DNA from: a virus
Taxonomy: Duplodnaviria > Caudoviricetes
Virus record (IMG/VR): IMGVR_UViG_3300017780_002066
Coordinates: 1-38,384 of that record
DNA: 38,384 nucleotides
Strand: one strand, 5' to 3'
Position numbers and translations under genes: made by a program. A model generated the notes under the pieces. It was not told the origin of the DNA and did not search any database. It worked only from the letters and a program-made list of their open reading frames with translations. Each line of letters opens with the position of its first letter. Positions within the stretch are counted from its first letter, which is position 1. Positions 34,105-38,384 of the stretch are shown here, piece after piece.

Positions 34105-34136
34105 ATAATATACGATATATTTATCAAAGAAGCAAC
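34105..34136 (-). promoter_or_regulatory. Conserved promoter on the minus strand (leftward)
   Basis: Reverse complement reads TAGTTG-N18-CGTATATTAT. Confidence 0.7.
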
Positions 34137-34152
34137 TATTATATGCGAGTAA

Positions 34153-34632
34153 ATGAACAAATTAGACCCGAATAAACTTTTTAACATCTTCAATGCCTCT
34201 GATGAGACTATATATGAAGAGCATAACATACAACATTTGTTCGAAAACCCGTATGTATTAATGGGTATGGTGGTGAGAGGGTTAGAGAATTACTCTATCA
34301 TCGATGGAATGTATATGATGAGATATAAGGAGCAGTATGAATCTGTAAGAGAGACTGTTAAGGAACAATTTTATAACCGCCTCTACACCTATCTCCTTAG
34401 GATCAACCTTAAAAAGTTTGAAAACATCTATGTTATTACCGAAGAATATGATAAGATGGGAGTATTCCACGCCCTCGACCACCTACTCTACTATTATCAA
34501 GAGAAAGAATACTATGAAAGGTGTGCTGTTATAAAATCTTTTGATGATTTATTGAGGAATACAATGACTCCTCCTATCTACGACTACAATGTCGATAGTT
34601 TATTGCAAGAATTAAAGCTAAGAGTCGATTAA
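34153..34632 (+). CDS. Hypothetical protein
   Basis: C-terminal EYYERCAVIK resembles a UvrB/C-type motif. Confidence 0.75.
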   Translation: MNKLDPNKLFNIFNASDETIYEEHNIQHLFENPYVLMGMVVRGLENYSIIDGMYMMRYKEQYESVRETVKEQFYNRLYTYLLRINLKKFENIYVITEEYDKMGVFHALDHLLYYYQEKEYYERCAVIKSFDDLLRNTMTPPIYDYNVDSLLQELKLRVD

Positions 34633-34664
34633 AATATAAAATTTTCGGGTCAAAATGCGCGCGA

Positions 34665-34695
34665 TGCGCGTGGGGCCTTCGGCCTTCTTAGGGTA
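34665..34695 (-). repeat. C-GAA-G hairpin + CGCGCA element, copy C (inverted)
   Basis: Minus strand reads TACCCTAAGAA-GGCC-GAA-GGCC-CCA-CGCGCA. Confidence 0.6.
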
Positions 34696-34760
34696 TTTCG
34701 CAAGCATTCTCCCTAACTCCTTCATTCTCAATAAAAATCTTTGTTATTCACTAACTTAAA

Positions 34761-34796
34761 GTTGTTTTTCTGCGGAATAGTCCGTATCTTAAGGTA
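34761..34796 (+). promoter_or_regulatory. Conserved phage promoter
   Basis: GTTG-N18-CGTATCTTAAGGTA. Confidence 0.85.
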
Positions 34797-34813
34797 TAAA
34801 CTAATTTAAAAAC

Positions 34814-35185
34814 ATGTATATGAATTTAACTATTCGAGAATTAAATGAAATCATCTATGCTTTAGGTGTAGCTGAGTATAAGGGACTGTTTGTAGATAAA
34901 GAAACAAACTTTTCTGCTGGAGATAAAGTGAGAAATGAGCTTGATAGGGTAATTAAGGAGGATGAAAGTCTAAGAAAGGCTACTCAAATCACTTCTACCG
35001 AAAAAGAACAAGAAAAAACCACTTCTACTAAAGTGATTACCCCTATTACCGATACAGGTTCCGGGGTTGCCGACTTTTTAATTGCTGTTACTGCTCAACT
35101 TCCAGAACCGACAGAAGAAAAACCGGTAAAAAAAGCTAGTTTTCCAGGTGCAAAGAAAAGTAATTTAATGAATCCGGAAAAATAA
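34814..35185 (+). CDS. Hypothetical protein
   Basis: ORF after the promoter; low-complexity T/K/E C-terminal half. Confidence 0.7.
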   Translation: MYMNLTIRELNEIIYALGVAEYKGLFVDKETNFSAGDKVRNELDRVIKEDESLRKATQITSTEKEQEKTTSTKVITPITDTGSGVADFLIAVTAQLPEPTEEKPVKKASFPGAKKSNLMNPEK

Positions 35186-35196
35186 TTTATAAAAGA

Positions 35197-35228
35197 GTGG
35201 CTATTCTGCGTTTTTTTATATATCTTCA
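35197..35228 (+). promoter_or_regulatory. Variant of the conserved promoter
   Basis: TCCGGAAA upstream; GTGG-N18-TATATCTTCA. Confidence 0.5.
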
Positions 35229-35230
35229 AT

Positions 35231-35290
35231 AATATATAAGATATTAGATAGAATATAAAGATATTAAATAAATATATAAGATATTAAATA
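35231..35290 (+). repeat. Three tandem 20-bp AT-rich repeats
   Basis: AATATATAAGATATTAGATA / GAATATAAAGATATTAAATA / AATATATAAGATATTAAATA. Confidence 0.8.
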
Positions 35291-35338
35291 TATAGATATA
35301 AATATAAAACAGGGTAATCCTATAAAAAAAATCAAGTT

Positions 35339-36073
35339 ATGTTAAGTGCCGAACAAATCCAATCAAATTGGGATAAACATATTAAGATTATTAACCATTA
35401 TATTGGTGATGATCGTAAAAATAGCGTATTAGCTCTAGTAGAAACGTTAGCCGAACATATGGTAATGGCGCCTGCTAGTAGTAAATCATGGTACCATAAT
35501 GCTTTTCCGGGTGGTTATATTGATCACGTTAACAGGGTTGTACAATGTGCTGTAAAACAAAAAGAATTATGGCAGTCTATGGGAGCTTCTATTGACTTTA
35601 CCGACGAAGAGTTGGTAATGGCAGCTATCTTCCATGATCTAGGTAAAATTGGTGATGGAGATAAAGATTGTTATATTCCTCAAACAGATAAATGGAGACA
35701 AGATAAGTTACATGAAATGTATACTCCTAATCCTGAAATCTCGTTTATGTTAATCCCTGACCGTTCTCTTTATATCTTACAGAGATTCGGTATTAAATTA
35801 TCTCATAATGAGTATTTAGGTATTAGACTACACGATGGTGTGTTTGATAAAGCTAACGAAGCTTATTTCTTTAGCCACAACCCAGACTCTCGAATGAAAA
35901 CTAACATTGTAAATATTTTACACTCAGCAGACTTTATGGCTTCTAAGGTAGAATATGATTTATGGAAGAATAAAGGAGGAGTTACAGAGCCTAAAGTACA
36001 AAAAGCTAAAGCCTCTACAGGTCGCCCTGTTAATTCATCAGAAGGTTTATCAAACTTAATTAAAAATTTATAA
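35339..36073 (+). CDS. HD-domain phosphohydrolase (YhaM-like HD region)
   Basis: APAS...HNAFPGGYIDHV...FHDLGKIG...HDG...ILHSAD. Confidence 0.85.
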   Translation: MLSAEQIQSNWDKHIKIINHYIGDDRKNSVLALVETLAEHMVMAPASSKSWYHNAFPGGYIDHVNRVVQCAVKQKELWQSMGASIDFTDEELVMAAIFHDLGKIGDGDKDCYIPQTDKWRQDKLHEMYTPNPEISFMLIPDRSLYILQRFGIKLSHNEYLGIRLHDGVFDKANEAYFFSHNPDSRMKTNIVNILHSADFMASKVEYDLWKNKGGVTEPKVQKAKASTGRPVNSSEGLSNLIKNL

Positions 36074-36074
36074 T

Positions 36075-36374
36075 ATGATTTGGATTATATCAATTTTAGG
36101 GCTACTTCTAATTGTATCAGTGTTTGCAATATACAACCTGCTTACTAAAGTAGAGAAATATGAAGATGTTATACAAGATCAAGTTAAATACTTAAACAAT
36201 ATTTCAGCATCTATTGCTGAAGCAAAAATGCACCTACAGAAGTTAGACGGAGAAGGAACTTTTCAGTCGGATGATGAGGTCGGTTATTTCTTTAAACAAC
36301 TACAAAACGTACAAGAAGAGCTAAACCGATACATGCTCCCGACTAATTATGGCCAGAACCAAAGCGAAAAGTAA
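36075..36374 (+). CDS. Membrane-anchored coiled-coil protein
   Basis: N-terminal TM; FQSDDEVGYFF. Confidence 0.75.
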   Translation: MIWIISILGLLLIVSVFAIYNLLTKVEKYEDVIQDQVKYLNNISASIAEAKMHLQKLDGEGTFQSDDEVGYFFKQLQNVQEELNRYMLPTNYGQNQSEK

Positions 36375-37053
36375 CTACTTTACAAAAGAAACAGAAGACT
36401 ACATAGTCCTCTATAATACTTCCTCAGATCACGTTTATAGAGCTAAAATATTCACAGATCATATCTATATGCCGTTTTATAAACTGGCAGAGAATATAAT
36501 ACATACCTTTAAATTTTACTATACCGACGTAGAACATATTGAAGATCTCAAACATGAGATCGTTTCTGTTTTATTAGAAGAGAAGATTATGAAGTTTGAT
36601 GCTACTAATGGAGCAAAAGCTTACTCATATTTCGGTACAATTGTAAAGAGGTGGTTAATAAACTACAACAATAAGAACTATAAAAAATTAAAGCAGATAG
36701 GATCCTTCTCAGATGTAGAAGAGTGTTATGAACCAGATTTAGAAGTTGATGGACAATTTAAAATGTCTTTATCAGCATTTCTAGATATGTGGATAACAGA
36801 AATGTACGAAAGGGTGGATGAATTCTTTCCAAAAGAACAAGAAGCTAAGATAGCAGATGCAGTATTAACTATCTTTAAGACTAGACATGATTTAGAGATC
36901 TTTAAGAAAAAAGCGCTCTATATTTATATTAGAGAGATGACTGACTGCGAAACACCTCACCTAACTAGAGTAATATCCAAACTAAAATCAGAATTCTATA
37001 ATAAGTATTTCGAGTATAGTGAAAACGGGTTAGTAGTCAATATTCTCGACTAA
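36349..37053 (+). CDS. Putative phage sigma factor (T4 gp55-like, late transcription)
   Basis: KLAENII...KFDATNGAKAYSYFGTIVKRWLI resembles sigma region 2 of gp55-type factors. Confidence 0.6.
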   Translation: MARTKAKSNYFTKETEDYIVLYNTSSDHVYRAKIFTDHIYMPFYKLAENIIHTFKFYYTDVEHIEDLKHEIVSVLLEEKIMKFDATNGAKAYSYFGTIVKRWLINYNNKNYKKLKQIGSFSDVEECYEPDLEVDGQFKMSLSAFLDMWITEMYERVDEFFPKEQEAKIADAVLTIFKTRHDLEIFKKKALYIYIREMTDCETPHLTRVISKLKSEFYNKYFEYSENGLVVNILD

Positions 37054-37074
37054 CCTATTTATTATTAAAAAAGT

Positions 37075-37425
37075 ATGAGTTTAGATAAGAAAATTTTTGG
37101 AGAAACCTCTCTTGCTGATTTATTTCAAGAGATACATACTAATTCTAAATCTACCCGTTCACAAGTTACTGCTTTGATTGCAGAATTAAAACCCTTGATT
37201 GAAAGCATAGGAGATGCTACATTAGTAGTACCTATGATAAAAGAATATATGGAGATTGGTGTTAAGAATGATGAAGCTTTAATTAAACTAGCTACTATCA
37301 TTCAGCGAATCGAAACAGGACAATCAAAAGGAGAAGAATTCGACTTATCAGAATTAGCTGAATTATTACAAGAGGCTGAAACGATTAACAAAGAAGTAAA
37401 AGAAACGGATAATGGCGAGCAGTAG
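37075..37425 (+). CDS. Conserved hypothetical helical protein
   Basis: PMIKEYMEIGVKNDEALIKLATIIQR. Confidence 0.75.
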   Translation: MSLDKKIFGETSLADLFQEIHTNSKSTRSQVTALIAELKPLIESIGDATLVVPMIKEYMEIGVKNDEALIKLATIIQRIETGQSKGEEFDLSELAELLQEAETINKEVKETDNGEQ

Positions 37426-38384
37426 ATCAGGCACAGGAGCAGGGGCTAGTAGCGGCGGTAAAGGATCCTCAAGTAATTCGGGTACTTTTTACGGCCGTGT
37501 AGTAGATATAATACTAGATAATAGACATCCTAAATATAAACAAATGGGAAGTGCACTTGCCATTAACGGATGCTTTTACGTAACTGTTAGTAGTGCCGGA
37601 GATATTGACCCAGATGAAGCAGCAGATCCACCTTTTGCTTTTCAAGGAAACGCTAGATATAAAGACATTCCTCTATTAGGAGAGATTATAGCTATCGAAT
37701 CAAGCCCTTCTGCCACAAGTGAATCAGGTAAAGGAAATAGAAAAGCATGGATTCGAATAGTTAACGTATGGAATGCTCCTGAGCATAATGCTTCCCCTAA
37801 TACATTAAACCCTAACTTTCAAAAACTTCTATTAGGTAAAGGATTTAAAGAGAGTGGAAGAATAAATCCTTTAATATGTTATCCTGGAGATACTGTACTA
37901 CAAGGACGTCAAGGACAGTCTATTAGATTTACAGGATCACAGCATATAAATAACCCACTCGTTACCGCAAAGACTTTAGGACAACCTTTAATATTAATTG
38001 CTAACGGACAGATTACCGCAGCAAACGGTTTTGATGGTATAATAGAAGACGTAAATAAAAACTTTGGCTCTTTATATTTCTCTGCTTTCCATCAAATTCC
38101 TCTAATACAAGCCAATACTAGAAGACTTTCTTACAATAAAATACCAGATACATCTAATGCTTATAATAAACCTCAAGTAATTTTAAACAGTGGACGTTTA
38201 TTTTTAAATGCAAAAGAAGAGTCTATACTACTTTCAGCAGCAATATCAGTAGGAATAAACAGCAAATCTGTTAACATAGATGCAGATGAGTATGTTTGTA
38301 TCGATTCTAAGAAAATATTCTTAGGAGAAAAAGCAAGAACGGCAATAGACTATAGTGCACAACCTGTATTATTAGGTAAAAACA
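37412..38384 (+). CDS. Partial gene (runs off the window), baseplate spike/gp5-like structural protein
   Basis: Open frame from ATG 37412: GRVVDIILD...PLLGEII (OB-fold-like)...GDTVLQGRQGQSIRF...QVILNSGRLFLNAK beta-repeats. Confidence 0.6.
   Translation, partial: MASSRSGTGAGASSGGKGSSSNSGTFYGRVVDIILDNRHPKYKQMGSALAINGCFYVTVSSAGDIDPDEAADPPFAFQGNARYKDIPLLGEIIAIESSPSATSESGKGNRKAWIRIVNVWNAPEHNASPNTLNPNFQKLLLGKGFKESGRINPLICYPGDTVLQGRQGQSIRFTGSQHINNPLVTAKTLGQPLILIANGQITAANGFDGIIEDVNKNFGSLYFSAFHQIPLIQANTRRLSYNKIPDTSNAYNKPQVILNSGRLFLNAKEESILLSAAISVGINSKSVNIDADEYVCIDSKKIFLGEKARTAIDYSAQPVLLGKN

Noticed and set aside
29000-34700. GC-skew switch marking an origin or terminus
   Set aside because: The apparent change is confounded by the minus-strand operon and cannot be established without computation
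1-38384. Stop-codon reassignment (seen in some Bacteroidota phages)
   Set aside because: TAA, TAG and TGA all end genes at sensible boundaries, and coding density is high in the standard code

Overview
This is an AT-rich, gene-dense fragment of a large tailed phage, coded almost entirely on the + strand in the standard genetic code. The host is most likely in Bacteroidota. The evidence is a Bacteroidota-type bS21 (with Tyr54), about 20 promoters matching the Bacteroidota -33/-7 geometry (GTTG-N18-CGTATCTT), and starts that generally lack Shine-Dalgarno sites. The right end carries a gp55-like sigma factor and a truncated baseplate-spike-like gene. The main discovery candidate is a ~10 kb cluster at 5139-15479, built around a 642-aa protein (10189-12117). 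Its architecture is a circularly permuted ATP-grasp, Hint domain 1 (N-terminal nucleophile lost, C-terminal His-Asn kept), a 25-aa six-Cys peptide PCWCEGWNCGYYSCYNSCAGCGGGG, Hint domain 2 (Cys1, TxxH and His-Asn intact), and MAKKFQ. This looks like a natural two-intein cassette that could excise and activate a small peptide. Around it lie a Trp halogenase, two sulfotransferases, an APS kinase with a HIGH-type nucleotidyltransferase, three 2OG-Fe(II) oxygenase-fold genes, a SET methyltransferase and DxD glycosyltransferase-like genes. Five unrelated proteins of the cluster share a C-terminal basic-T-(L/I)-I tail, a possible docking tag. Other notable items are a covarying C-GAA-G hairpin + CGCGCA element in three copies, a GC-rich structured ncRNA candidate, IHF-consensus repeats, promoter-gene cassettes and a conserved (AAG)GTTATG start context. 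Family calls come from motif recognition by eye, not database searches. No tRNA, rRNA or CRISPR array was seen.
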